Virus record (IMG/VR): IMGVR_UViG_2563366824_000007
DNA: 43,405 bases
From: a virus
Lineage: Duplodnaviria; Heunggongvirae; Uroviricota; Caudoviricetes
Reading direction: 5' to 3' (one strand)
In this document: piece by piece, positions 10,693 to 22,283 of the stretch
Layout of the letters: each line of letters starts with the position of its first letter
Numbering within the stretch: position 1 is the stretch's first letter
Position numbers and translations under genes: made by a program
The notes under the pieces: generated by a model
Databases searched by the model: none
What the model saw: the letters and a program-made list of their open reading frames with translations, nothing else
What the model was told of the DNA's origin: nothing

Positions 10693-12017
10693 TGCACTGG
10701 CACCTTCAGAGGGATCACCGGCACAAAGCCGGGATGCGTAATGGCATTACGCCGGATAATGTCCGCGTCACGCGCCGCGTTATCAAACCAGGTCGCCGCC
10801 AGCACCAGTGCGGGTAAAACCTCATCCGGTGTGCGCTGAATGATCCGTGCAGACTGTTCAAGGCGCGTGTTGATATCCGCATTCAGATCTGCTTTCACCC
10901 GGCGCAGCGCCAGAAACAGCGCATCGCTGGTTGTACGGGACAACTCCTTATCAATTGCCGTATTCAGTATGTCGCGAATGTCAGTCAGTTCTTCCCACGT
11001 CGGCAGGTCAACCGTGTTTTTCACCGCCGGTGCATTGTTCAGTGCCGAATGCGTGACGGAAGGCCAGCCACTGCTCTGCGCGGGTGTTGTTGTCTGCCCC
11101 ACTGCGGAATTCTGCATCACCGCGAAAGTTGTTGGCGCAGGCAATCGGGTAACGGCATACGCCGCTTCGCTGATTGCGGTCGTACGAAGAGTGCTGGCAA
11201 CCACGTTACGCTGCTGCGTCGCCGTGGCGGTGGTTTTACTGTCCGTTTTCCAGACGCCGCGCGGTTGCAGATCGCTGCCGAGGCTGACACCGGAAAGCGT
11301 TTTGATCATGGTGACCAGGTCGCTGGCGTTACCATAAAGGCGTTTCCCGGTACGCCACATTTTCTGCACCTGCTCAACGAAATTTTTGCCTGACGATGGC
11401 GGCGGCAGAAGTACCGAGATATCCCCCTGCAACAGCCTGGCGGCATCCGATACGGCAGAATCCACCACTTTCATCGCATCAGAAACATACCCCAGCATTA
11501 TGCTGGCATTACCGATAACGTCGTTCTGCACGAAATCCGCCACACCATCGATACTGAAACCGCTGAAGCTGTCACTGATGCAGTCATCCAGTGCAGAACA
11601 GGATGACATCAGCGTCTGCGCCGTCGCCGCACCTGATGTGGGGTAAGAGAGTTCTCCTGCTTCGACAAACTTCAGGTCAAAGCGGACAATACGCCCTTCA
11701 CTCTTCGATGTGCTGACCCGAACCTCTCCGTCAACACAGACTTTCAGCTCACCGTAAGTCGGATGGACAAGCGTGCCGGGACCGGGTTTATTCAGCGCGT
11801 CAATCAGGCGATCGCGCTGGTCAAAGCAGTCATCTCCCACCACATAAGCCGTGATGGACGGGCGGAAAGTGATTTTCCCCAGGTCTTCGGTATAGGGTTT
11901 GTCGCGGTTCGGGTATTCGTGCGTTTCCACACGACGACCGGTTCCCGCACTTTCTTCTTCAACCTTAAACGGCACGCCGCGAAATGACGCGCCCTGAAGT
12001 CTGTCTTTCCACGTCAT
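10689..12017 (-). CDS. DNA circulation protein (Mu gp43 N-like)
   Basis: Track ORF starts at 12059, but its first 14 codons translate a terminator hairpin; in-frame ATG at 12017 (MTWKDRLQGASF...) preferred. Confidence 0.75.
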   Translation of the reverse strand: MTWKDRLQGASFRGVPFKVEEESAGTGRRVETHEYPNRDKPYTEDLGKITFRPSITAYVVGDDCFDQRDRLIDALNKPGPGTLVHPTYGELKVCVDGEVRVSTSKSEGRIVRFDLKFVEAGELSYPTSGAATAQTLMSSCSALDDCISDSFSGFSIDGVADFVQNDVIGNASIMLGYVSDAMKVVDSAVSDAARLLQGDISVLLPPPSSGKNFVEQVQKMWRTGKRLYGNASDLVTMIKTLSGVSLGSDLQPRGVWKTDSKTTATATQQRNVVASTLRTTAISEAAYAVTRLPAPTTFAVMQNSAVGQTTTPAQSSGWPSVTHSALNNAPAVKNTVDLPTWEELTDIRDILNTAIDKELSRTTSDALFLALRRVKADLNADINTRLEQSARIIQRTPDEVLPALVLAATWFDNAARDADIIRRNAITHPGFVPVIPLKVPVQ

Positions 12018-12030
12018 ATAAACTCCGGAT

Positions 12031-12053
12031 ATAAAAAAACCCGCCGAAGCGGG
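12031..12053 (-). terminator. Rho-independent terminator after the lipoprotein moron
   Basis: Minus-strand hairpin CCCGC-ttcg-GCGGG followed by a 7-T run, 18 nt downstream of the lipoprotein stop. Confidence 0.65.
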
Positions 12054-12070
12054 TTTCATTAAATTATCGC

Positions 12071-12748
12071 TTATCTAAAGTTACTTATTACCCGATACCT
12101 TATGCTTTGGTTACTCGCATCAAGTACTTCGAATTTAGCCCCTTTATAGCCAATTGTTTTAGACTCCGCGAGATCATACTCAACATCGTTGTTGAAGGCC
12201 GGGCGTGCTGTATTCGATGAAAATTCACGATATCCAATGTTGATTTTGTTTCCGACCCTTCCGTTGTAAAGCAGAGCTTGCTGGAAAGATGAATCACCAC
12301 TGATATTCAGAGTAACCTTTTCGATAGGCATGTTAGTTTCACAGTTGGTAACACCGAAAACTGTTATTACACATAAGGCATTCTTTTTCTTTTCTACCAT
12401 GATGCCCTGCCACATATCGGCAAGGGCTGCCTTTTCCACATTGGCTGAATCAGCACCGTTTGTGAGAAAGTAATAATCAGCCTTGTTATCCTCACCAACC
12501 TTTTTCAGCATCCCCGGAGTGATCGTATACGCCCAGGAAATTCTCGCAGGAGCATTAACCTTCAGACCTTCAAACCTCTGTGACACCCCCTGCTTAATCA
12601 TTGAATCACCGACATAAGCTGTATTAATGCTTCCTACAGGAGGTTCACTATAATTTTCTGTTTTTGGTAAATAATTGTACTTCGGAGAGGTACATCCCCC
12701 GAGTAAAAGAGCCATGCCGACAACTGAATAAATTGTTAAGACTTTCAT
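12071..12748 (-). CDS. Lipoprotein of unknown function (moron in tail module)
   Basis: Start at ATG 12748 gives MKVLTIYSVVGMALLLGGC..., a signal peptide with lipobox LLGGC; AT-rich relative to neighbouring tail genes; has its own terminator. Confidence 0.7.
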   Translation of the reverse strand: MKVLTIYSVVGMALLLGGCTSPKYNYLPKTENYSEPPVGSINTAYVGDSMIKQGVSQRFEGLKVNAPARISWAYTITPGMLKKVGEDNKADYYFLTNGADSANVEKAALADMWQGIMVEKKKNALCVITVFGVTNCETNMPIEKVTLNISGDSSFQQALLYNGRVGNKINIGYREFSSNTARPAFNNDVEYDLAESKTIGYKGAKFEVLDASNQSIRYRVISNFR

Positions 12749-12829
12749 ATCCCTATTCCCATCATTAAAGTATCGGACTAATCCTACCAAGAACCTGCTA
12801 AACGACAAAACCCGTGTTTAAGCGGGGTA

Positions 12830-14671
12830 TCAGCCCCCCATACCAAATCGGGTGTAGCCAACGTCGTGATTCACGTCGATACCGCTGGATCGCGTTTCCA
12901 TAACCCGCATACCCGGAGGCGAATTCACAAAAGAGACCTTGATCTCACCGTCAACTTTTGGCGCAGAAGCTTTGTTAATCATGAAGGGATTCGGGCCTGT
13001 GGCATCGGAGGCGTTGTTTGCCTGAGCCGGATCCATGGCCGGATAAGGTGTGTATCCCCGCGCCGGGAATCCCGTCCCATAAGCATCATAAGCACCCGCG
13101 CCCCACTGCGCAGAGTTAATGGCATCGACCGTGTCACCGGAACTGTCGGTAAACCACTCAATAATTGGCTTCAGCTTGTCCCACATATCCTGAAACCACT
13201 TAACAACCGGTCCCCAGTTATTGATTACCATCCCCAGCGGCGACCAGGCAAAAACCTTCTTCAGAAGTTCCCAGCCAGCCTCAAAATAAGGACCAATGGT
13301 TTCCCAGAGCTTCTTGAAATAAGGTCCGACAACATCCCAGTTAGTGATAATTAATCCCGCAGCCAGGGCTATCGCCGTCGCAATCATTCCAATCGGCGTC
13401 ATCGACATGATCCTGCTGACAATACTGATGGCCCCGCCAACGCCCATCAATCCCAGTTTCAGAATCGCAAGACCGGCAGCAAGCCCGACGACGCCGCGAA
13501 TAACCCGGGGATTTTCATCCGCAAACTTCGTGAATTTTTCCCCTAACTCCCCCAGCCATTGCGTGATATTTTTGGCGTCACCAGAAAATGCGCCGCCAAT
13601 AGCCGCAAGGCCGTTAGTTGCGGTCCCCGTCATTGCCTCCCACAGGTTGGACAGCGTACCAAGCTGGGCCTGAACACGTTTATTCAGGCTGGCCTGTTTA
13701 TTCATCTTCTGCTGGATCTGATCGTAGCCATCCTTTCCTTTATCGATTAGTGCATTGACCACCTGAAGGGTTTCGGCATCATCACCAAATATTGCCTTAA
13801 GTACACCTGTTCGCTTAACGTCGGTCAGTTTTCGCAGCTTTGCCAGTTGCCTGAACATGTTATCAAGACCGCCAAAACTTCCTTTGCCGTCAGTAAAATC
13901 GAGCTGTACCCCGAGTTTCTGGCGGGCCATGACTTTATTGACGTCCCTGATTTTCTTAACGCTTAATCCGGACTGGATAACTTTTCGCAGGGCATTACCT
14001 GCCGACTCCCCGTTCATCCCCATCTGATCCATCATGACGCTGATGGGGGCAAGGCTCTGTGCAGCCTGAAGACCCTCCTTGTTCACCATCTTCAGAACAG
14101 AACTGGTTTTAGTGAAGAAGGACAACATGTTGGTATCGTCAACGCCCAGATAAAACGCCTTCTGGATAGTGTCGAACAGCCCCATCATGTCTTCTGACGC
14201 CGTTCCGGTAGCATCCTGCATCTTTGCAGCAAACTCAGCAGCCGCTTCCGGTGTTTTTTTCAGTTGTACCGCAAGATAAGCTGTCGCTTTACCCACACCA
14301 CCCAGAATGTTTTCTGCCGGGATCCCCTGACGCACCAGCATCTGCATCATGTTCTGGAAATCAGCCGTTGTACCGGGTAGCTGGTTACCCAGACCAATAG
14401 CCAGTTTATTGATGTCCTGAAAGCTCTTTCCAACCTCGCCGTTCGCATCCATCATGGCGACTTTCAGCCCGGTGGCGGCGTTTTCCTGATCGGCATAAGA
14501 TTTCAGGGAAAGCGTCAGACCCGCAGCCAGTCCGCCACCAAGCGCCAGCCCACCCTGTGACGCTTCTTCCGCCTGGCGTTTAAATCCCCGGATTTTCTTT
14601 TGCATTTTCGACAGCGCGGGAGAAAGCCTGTCGACACCGGTGATCAACGCCTTAAGCTCAAATTCAGCCAT
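12830..14671 (-). CDS. Tail tape measure protein
   Basis: 613 aa, Ala/Gly-rich with helical N-terminus and hydrophobic central segment; downstream of the chaperone frameshift pair. Confidence 0.85.
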   Translation of the reverse strand: MAEFELKALITGVDRLSPALSKMQKKIRGFKRQAEEASQGGLALGGGLAAGLTLSLKSYADQENAATGLKVAMMDANGEVGKSFQDINKLAIGLGNQLPGTTADFQNMMQMLVRQGIPAENILGGVGKATAYLAVQLKKTPEAAAEFAAKMQDATGTASEDMMGLFDTIQKAFYLGVDDTNMLSFFTKTSSVLKMVNKEGLQAAQSLAPISVMMDQMGMNGESAGNALRKVIQSGLSVKKIRDVNKVMARQKLGVQLDFTDGKGSFGGLDNMFRQLAKLRKLTDVKRTGVLKAIFGDDAETLQVVNALIDKGKDGYDQIQQKMNKQASLNKRVQAQLGTLSNLWEAMTGTATNGLAAIGGAFSGDAKNITQWLGELGEKFTKFADENPRVIRGVVGLAAGLAILKLGLMGVGGAISIVSRIMSMTPIGMIATAIALAAGLIITNWDVVGPYFKKLWETIGPYFEAGWELLKKVFAWSPLGMVINNWGPVVKWFQDMWDKLKPIIEWFTDSSGDTVDAINSAQWGAGAYDAYGTGFPARGYTPYPAMDPAQANNASDATGPNPFMINKASAPKVDGEIKVSFVNSPPGMRVMETRSSGIDVNHDVGYTRFGMGG

Positions 14672-14846
14672 GTGTGCGTTTCTCCTGCTCTATCCTGTTT
14701 GCCTGACTGACCAGCAAGGGAATTTCACTGATCGGCATATTCAGCAATTCGAAGGGATTAATGCGCCAGTAGCTGGCGCAGTCAAAGAAGCGATCAGTGA
14801 GGTATTCAGCCGTCAGGCCTGGAGGAAAAAACCAGCCACAAGCCAC
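14664..14846 (-). CDS. -1 frameshift extension of the tail assembly chaperone
   Basis: Overlapping -1 frame ORF passes through the same TTTTTTC site (plus-strand 14825..14831) and ends at the tape measure start; lacks its own ATG (track start is GTG). Confidence 0.5.
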   Translation of the reverse strand: MACGWFFPPGLTAEYLTDRFFDCASYWRINPFELLNMPISEIPLLVSQANRIEQEKRTHG

Positions 14847-15082
14847 GCCGCTGCATTCAGGTCTGCCGGAGACATCTGGTCGACAGAGCTTTGCGGCACT
14901 TTCGCCAGCCGCACAATGTATTTCGACACCACATGCGCCAGAAGTCTGACGGACTCATCCTGATTCATCTGGTAGGGATACCCCAGCTCGCGGACATCTT
15001 TCCCGGTGGGCTCATCAAACTCCAGTACGGAGAGTGTCTCGCCATGAGCGGTAATCGGTTTCTTTAACTCAAGCTCTTTCAT
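14813..15082 (-). CDS. Tail assembly chaperone (Mu gp41-like)
   Basis: 89-aa ORF between the tube and tape measure genes; contains slippery heptamer T_TTT_TTC near its 3' end. Confidence 0.7.
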   Translation of the reverse strand: MKELELKKPITAHGETLSVLEFDEPTGKDVRELGYPYQMNQDESVRLLAHVVSKYIVRLAKVPQSSVDQMSPADLNAAAWLVAGFFLQA

Positions 15083-15438
15083 TACTGGTAATCCCCTTCT
15101 TCACCGTGGAACTCAAGATCGACCGTGCCTTCTTCGGCATTATGGTTCGCTTCGCCGTGCAGCCAGGCAGACGACAGTACATAGACCTGACCGTTCGCCA
15201 GCTCGGCAGTGATGGTCATCTCATCAGACGAGGTGATTTTGCTCACCGGAAAATTCTTCGGCACCTTGAAGGTCCCTTTGACATAAGGCGCACGGTGAGT
15301 TTCCTTGCGGTCCACTGAACCGTCCAGGCCGATGATGTCATCATTGACCGTCCTGTTCATGGGCACCTCAATGCCGCCGGTCAGCGATAGCTGCTGACCG
15401 TCAATTTTGAAATAACAGGTTCCCCCGATACGGGCCAT
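15082..15438 (-). CDS. Tail tube protein (Mu gp40-like)
   Basis: 118 aa directly downstream of the sheath gene; stop/start coupled. Confidence 0.8.
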   Translation of the reverse strand: MARIGGTCYFKIDGQQLSLTGGIEVPMNRTVNDDIIGLDGSVDRKETHRAPYVKGTFKVPKNFPVSKITSSDEMTITAELANGQVYVLSSAWLHGEANHNAEEGTVDLEFHGEEGDYQ

Positions 15439-16934
15439 TATGCGGACTCCTCTGAATACTGAAGACGGAACTGGTTAACCACGGCAAAGACACGCAACTG
15501 GTTAACATAGTCAGGCGGGAACAGCGTGTTCAGGCGGTTCGGATCGCTGGCATCACGCTCCACAACCAGGTACTGCTTGAACAGTTCGTAGTTTTCCACG
15601 ATCCCCGCACGCTCAAGCTGACGGTAGGTTGCCAGCAGTTCCCCTTTGATCACCGCCGGGGTGACAATCGCCTGACCGGGACCAAAGCGGGTACCGTCAC
15701 TGGCAAGCTTGTGACGCCCGTACTTACTGGTAATGACGGATTTCAGTTTGCGCAGCACATACGCGCTGGTATGCAGCGTCTCGCTGTCGAGGTAGCTGTT
15801 ATCCGCAACCCCGTAAGCATTTTTCCTGTACGTGGTGACATCACGCTGAATGCGCAGTACCCCGCTTTCGACATACGCCGTTGCCACGCCATGAGACAGC
15901 AGGGTCTGCTGCTCGGTCATCGTGAACCGTTTCCCCTTCGGCGCAGGCAGCATACCCACCAGCTCACCGGTCTGCGTGGGACGTGCCGGATCGTTGCGGA
16001 TAAACACCGCTGCGCGGGCGGTACGGCTTGCCGCCAGCTCGTCGGCAGGTGTCTGGGTTTCTTTTTCGTACCCCGCCAGGGTAATGTGCTGCTGGTTAAA
16101 CTGGTCACCTGCGGTCACCAGTTCTGACAGCGTACCGGTCTTTGCCGTATACACATGACCATACAGCTGACGCGCATAGCTCCAGCGACCGCTGGTATCG
16201 TTCATCTCGGTCACCAGCGTGTTAACGGAGGCCGTGTCGTTGAACGGCAGACCGATATAATCAAACGGCTCATCCGCCATTGCAGCCACCGCACCGGTGA
16301 GAACAGGAGCGCCCGTTCCGGCGGTACCCGTCGCCACAGCAATCTGTACACCCGCTGGCAGCACTTCGCCCCCACCAAAGCCGTAGTAATTGAGGCTGAC
16401 AGGAATTTCATTCCCGCAAAGTCCCTTATGACGCGCGGTCAGTGTGACCACGCCAGCCGAAAATGAGGCCGTAAACGGCAGGGCCGGAACGGCATTGATA
16501 GCATCCTGGATACTGCTGGCAATGGTCGCGACGTTATCGCCGTTGGTCACCGGTGCCTGCACGCGGGTACGTCCCACATACACATTCACCGTGCCGGTTT
16601 CGGTTGCCGCCCCGGTCACCGTCAGAGTAACCGTTGCCGCCGCGCCTGTGGCTTCCGGAACGGCAATCACATACAGCTCGCCAAACGGGTCGGTCTGGCG
16701 ATAAGCCTCGACCATACGCGCCAGCTGACTTCCCGCACCACAAATCTGGCGTGCATAGTCTGCCGACGGCATCAGCACCAGACTGTTGGCAACAATCTCT
16801 GCACCGTTATTGGCGTGACCAATCAGCAACGATGCTCCGCTGTCCTGTGCAGTATTCGCCGCCTGGTTATCCATTTCCGCATAAAACAACGGAACCAGCG
16901 TATTCGACGGAATGGTGTTAAAGCTTATCGTCAT
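15438..16934 (-). CDS. Contractile tail sheath protein (Mu L-like)
   Basis: 498 aa; N-terminus MTISFNTIPSNTLVPLFYAEMDN typical of myovirus sheath proteins. Confidence 0.88.
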   Translation of the reverse strand: MTISFNTIPSNTLVPLFYAEMDNQAANTAQDSGASLLIGHANNGAEIVANSLVLMPSADYARQICGAGSQLARMVEAYRQTDPFGELYVIAVPEATGAAATVTLTVTGAATETGTVNVYVGRTRVQAPVTNGDNVATIASSIQDAINAVPALPFTASFSAGVVTLTARHKGLCGNEIPVSLNYYGFGGGEVLPAGVQIAVATGTAGTGAPVLTGAVAAMADEPFDYIGLPFNDTASVNTLVTEMNDTSGRWSYARQLYGHVYTAKTGTLSELVTAGDQFNQQHITLAGYEKETQTPADELAASRTARAAVFIRNDPARPTQTGELVGMLPAPKGKRFTMTEQQTLLSHGVATAYVESGVLRIQRDVTTYRKNAYGVADNSYLDSETLHTSAYVLRKLKSVITSKYGRHKLASDGTRFGPGQAIVTPAVIKGELLATYRQLERAGIVENYELFKQYLVVERDASDPNRLNTLFPPDYVNQLRVFAVVNQFRLQYSEESA

Positions 16935-17088
16935 CGGTATTCACCTTTTTATTCACGCGCCGGATATCACCCGCTGCTTCACGGCGCAGCCAGTAGTTGT
17001 TCTCGTCAACATTTCGCCCTTCGGCGGGCAAAAGGTCGCCGCGGGCAGGGTCAGGCACTGACCGCCCTTTAACAGGTTTCACAAACAT
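16918..17088 (-). CDS. Small basic protein preceding the sheath gene (Mu gp38-like position)
   Basis: 56-codon ORF MFVKPVKGRSVPDPARGDLLPAEG... with GAGGA ribosome-binding site; below the ORF-track length cutoff. Confidence 0.4.
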   Translation of the reverse strand: MFVKPVKGRSVPDPARGDLLPAEGRNVDENNYWLRREAAGDIRRVNKKVNTDDDKL

Positions 17089-17096
17089 GAGGATCC

Positions 17097-18913
<1,817 letters not shown>

Positions 18914-18917
<4 letters not shown>

Positions 18918-19420
18918 CTGTGTCGTCGCTCCGGCTTCAGTGATTTACGCAATTCCCGCGCCAGAAAATAGCGTGTCCAGCTGCGGTTCTTTTCAAGAGT
19001 TTCCACCATAAAGTTATTACGTGGAGCCAGCCGCCAGCCGCTGCCACCGGATGCACCACGATGATGGCTACGACGACGTTTTGCTCCTCCCCGGACACCA
19101 AAAAACAGAAACGCCGGATAGAAGTCACCAGAGATCATCCGGTTCCCCTTCCCGTTGCGCTGGTTAGGGGCAATGCGTGTCATAAAACCGGCTCGCTTTT
19201 TACTGGCTCTCGGCACCATGTAACCAATCGAACGAGCCAGACGTCCGGTCTGATAACCGGGATTTTCACCCGGTGCCGACCGCGCACGGCGCATCACCAG
19301 CCGACGGGCATCACGCATATGACGCTGCCCAATCGTGACAAACGCCCGCCGGACACGGGCGCGGTTAAAGCGCATCTCCGCGGGCTGCTGAACATCAACG
19401 TGAAAAAAGGGAGTCGCCAT
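18914..19420 (-). CDS. HK97 gp10-like head-tail morphogenesis protein
   Basis: 168-aa ORF with GGAGG ribosome-binding site; synteny in the head-tail joining block. Confidence 0.6.
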
Positions 19421-19805
19421 TGCTGCCTCCGTGACTCTGCGTAAATTCGCCCAGTTCCGTACACTCCAGCAGCAGAAAGCGCCGCGCCCCGTTCAGATCG
19501 CGCTGACGTTTCACCCGGTACACACTGTCACCGCAGACCACCTCATAATCAGCGGTGATCCCCCGGCGGTAGCGAATGGTGATGTAATGGGTGATGGCGT
19601 CTCCAGTCTGCGCGGTTTCCTGCCAGGTGGTGGCACTGGTCTGGATAACCTTCGCCCATGTCCGGAACGTAACCGGGTATTGATGCTCCACGCCAAAGTT
19701 ATCCGCGGGCATATCCACCCGCTGGCGGATCAGGACGCGTTTATTCAGTTCACCGGGGTCCGGCAGAATGTAGGTTGCGCTGGTCTGCGCCTGACGAATT
19801 TTCAT
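19395..19805 (-). CDS. Head-tail adaptor / head closure protein
   Basis: 136 aa; ATGA-coupled to the upstream gene; position after the connector-like gene. Confidence 0.6.
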   Translation of the reverse strand: MKIRQAQTSATYILPDPGELNKRVLIRQRVDMPADNFGVEHQYPVTFRTWAKVIQTSATTWQETAQTGDAITHYITIRYRRGITADYEVVCGDSVYRVKRQRDLNGARRFLLLECTELGEFTQSHGGSNGDSLFSR

Positions 19806-20125
19806 TGCGGAAAGTACCTGTACGGGCCGACAAGCCAGCCAAAACTCTGCGGCATGTCGAGTTTCTCCACTTCCGTAACCGACGAGCGGTTTTCGTAAAA
19901 ATGGCTGATAAGCATCAGCATCCCCAGACGAATATCATCCGGCAGGTGCAGCCCGTCCGGATCGCTGTCCGGAATGGTTTCATCCGGTGCATAGAGCTTC
20001 CGGTTCAGATACGTTTCCGTCCGCTTTTGCGCCGCACAGGCCAGCAGTTGCAGATGGCGGTCATCAGCATCGAAATCCTCATCCAGCCGGAGTTGGGCTT
20101 TAATCTCTTCCATTGTCAGAAGCAT
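19802..20125 (-). CDS. gp6-like head-tail connector protein
   Basis: 107-aa acidic protein immediately after the capsid module. Confidence 0.6.
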   Translation of the reverse strand: MLLTMEEIKAQLRLDEDFDADDRHLQLLACAAQKRTETYLNRKLYAPDETIPDSDPDGLHLPDDIRLGMLMLISHFYENRSSVTEVEKLDMPQSFGWLVGPYRYFPQ

Positions 20126-20127
20126 AC

Positions 20128-20328
20128 TCAGCCCTCTTTACTGGTCGTGGCTTTTTTCTCTTTTGCCGCTTTACTGCTTTTTGTACTGATTCCGCGCTCT
20201 GCTAACCCGGCCTGAAGTGCAATCTCCTGCACCCGGGCAGGAAGCGCCCCGTCGTCATACTCACCGGCCCGAATGACCTCAACACGCATACCGTCCGGTG
20301 ACCATTTCAGATCTTGTTTCAGGATCAT
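20128..20328 (-). CDS. Small hypothetical protein downstream of the major capsid gene
   Basis: 66-aa ORF with ATG start and Lys-rich C-terminus; tightly packed between the capsid and connector genes. Confidence 0.45.
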   Translation of the reverse strand: MILKQDLKWSPDGMRVEVIRAGEYDDGALPARVQEIALQAGLAERGISTKSSKAAKEKKATTSKEG

Positions 20329-20376
20329 GATTCTTCACCCGTCAGAACAGGGGCGCGGTTCCGCGCCCCTGAGTGA

Positions 20377-21582
20377 TTACGCCGCTGCAATCTTCAGCAG
20401 TTTGATGGCCTGCGAATCGACCAGCATCCCGCCGGTGCGCTTGGTGGTATAAAAACCGACAAACGGTTTATTGGTGTACGGGTCACGCAGAATGCGGGTG
20501 CCGATACGGTCAACGATGGTGTAACCCCGTTTGAAGTTACCAAATGCAATGGCTTTCGCATCAGCGGCGATATCCGGCATCTGTTCGTTTTCAGCGATAC
20601 CGTAACCCGCCAGAGAGGACGGCTGCCCCAGTTCCAGCCCCGGACGCCACAGATAGTTACCCTCGGTGTCTTTCAGCAGACGGATGGCAAACAGGCTGTT
20701 GTTGTTCATCATGAACTTCGCGCCAGTGCGGTGTGCCTTACGCAGCGTGTAAATCAGTTTGATAATGGCGTCTGCGGTCACCGCCGTCGCTTCGCCGGAT
20801 ACAATATGCTGAAGTTTGCCGAACGCCCGGACCTTATCGGTTTCATCAGTGGATTCATACGCCAGGAACCCTTTCGGCTTCTTGGTACCATCGCCGGTGG
20901 TAAAGGCAATTTCTTCCTGTTCGGCAAATTCGGTTGCCAGCTCGCTGTTGATCCATGCTTCCACGTTGAAAAAGGCATCATCCAGCATTTTCTGGGTAGC
21001 CTGCGGGTTACCGTAGATTTCCCCCATGAAAGGTTCAATCAGTCCCAGTTTTGAGGTGGCAGTCTGGGAGCGCGCGTCAGTCTCGCCAACCCATCCGGAA
21101 GCCGTGCCGCCCAGATTCACCAGTTTTTTGTAGTCGGAACCGCCAACGGTGATCACCGTGGCTTCCTGGCGCATCACCACTTCATCTTTCAGCAGGGTAA
21201 GAATGTTGCGATCCAGTGCTTCCGGCACGGCATAGCCGCCGTCTTCATCGGTGCCCACCTGTAATGCCTTGCGCTCCAGATCGCGCAGACCATCTTCACG
21301 GCCTTTACGCAGGAAGCCCACAAACGCTTCTTTATGCTCGGTGGCCAGTTTATTTTGCGCACCACCTGCCGGACGTTTCAGCTCAAGAAGCTCTTTTTCA
21401 AGATCGCTTTTGAGGTTTTCCAGCTCGCTGAGTTTCCCGTTCAGGGTTTCCACCTGCCCGGCAAGTTTGCCTTTTTCCTGCTCAATCGCATCCACGCGCT
21501 TGTCGTTCTTTGCTTTGAAGTCGTCAAACTTCTGCTGCAGCTCCTGCGCGACCTGTTCGACATCTTTAATATCAACCGCCAT
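20377..21582 (-). CDS. Major capsid protein, HK97 family
   Basis: 401 aa with N-terminal coiled-coil delta domain followed by a capsid fold-sized region; AGGAGA ribosome-binding site; follows the prohead protease. Confidence 0.9.
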   Translation of the reverse strand: MAVDIKDVEQVAQELQQKFDDFKAKNDKRVDAIEQEKGKLAGQVETLNGKLSELENLKSDLEKELLELKRPAGGAQNKLATEHKEAFVGFLRKGREDGLRDLERKALQVGTDEDGGYAVPEALDRNILTLLKDEVVMRQEATVITVGGSDYKKLVNLGGTASGWVGETDARSQTATSKLGLIEPFMGEIYGNPQATQKMLDDAFFNVEAWINSELATEFAEQEEIAFTTGDGTKKPKGFLAYESTDETDKVRAFGKLQHIVSGEATAVTADAIIKLIYTLRKAHRTGAKFMMNNNSLFAIRLLKDTEGNYLWRPGLELGQPSSLAGYGIAENEQMPDIAADAKAIAFGNFKRGYTIVDRIGTRILRDPYTNKPFVGFYTTKRTGGMLVDSQAIKLLKIAAA

Positions 21583-21596
21583 CGTATTTCTCCTGA

Positions 21597-22283
21597 TTAG
21601 AAGTTCAGATTTTTCAGTGCATTCAGTGCAGAGCCCACATCCTCAGCGTCGCGCAGGGACAGTGCGCCATAGCCCCCGGCCATGAATGCTTTGGCCTGGG
21701 TACGGGAGAGTCCGACATCACGCAGGACTCTTTCGATTTTTTTCTGTTCGGGGATTTCCCCGCGGGCCAGTGCGTTCTTGACGTCGCTGATCCGCGCCTC
21801 GTCGTTAGACGGGAACGTCACCAGGCTGACTTCCCAGAGGTCGATTTCTTTCAGCAGAAAGGCTTCTTTGCTCCGGTCGTATTCCCAGTCTTTCAGGACA
21901 TACCCAATAGAAAGGCCGGTTAACGAACCGGCCTTCATGTGTGCATGTGCGCGTTTTGCGAGGGGATCATCATCAATAAGCAACCGTCCCCTGACGTAAA
22001 GCCCGACATCGTCTTCCTTCATTTCGGTGTAAACACCGATGGGTTCATCCATGCGGTGCTGCCAGAGCAGCGCAGGTAACGCTTTTCTGTCACTCCACGC
22101 CCGCAGGGAAGCAGCAAATGCCCCGGACATCACCACATCATCGTGGCTGTCCTTTACACCAAAGACGGAGCCATACCCTTCAAACTCACCGGAGTCACTG
22201 ACAGATTTCAGACTCAGCGGTACATCAAGACGTTGTTTCGTCTGCATTGGCGTTATCCTTCTGCTTACCGGCTTTACTGCCAT
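21597..22283 (-). CDS. Prohead maturation protease (HK97 family)
   Basis: 228 aa between the portal and capsid genes in canonical HK97 order. Confidence 0.85.
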   Translation of the reverse strand: MAVKPVSRRITPMQTKQRLDVPLSLKSVSDSGEFEGYGSVFGVKDSHDDVVMSGAFAASLRAWSDRKALPALLWQHRMDEPIGVYTEMKEDDVGLYVRGRLLIDDDPLAKRAHAHMKAGSLTGLSIGYVLKDWEYDRSKEAFLLKEIDLWEVSLVTFPSNDEARISDVKNALARGEIPEQKKIERVLRDVGLSRTQAKAFMAGGYGALSLRDAEDVGSALNALKNLNF

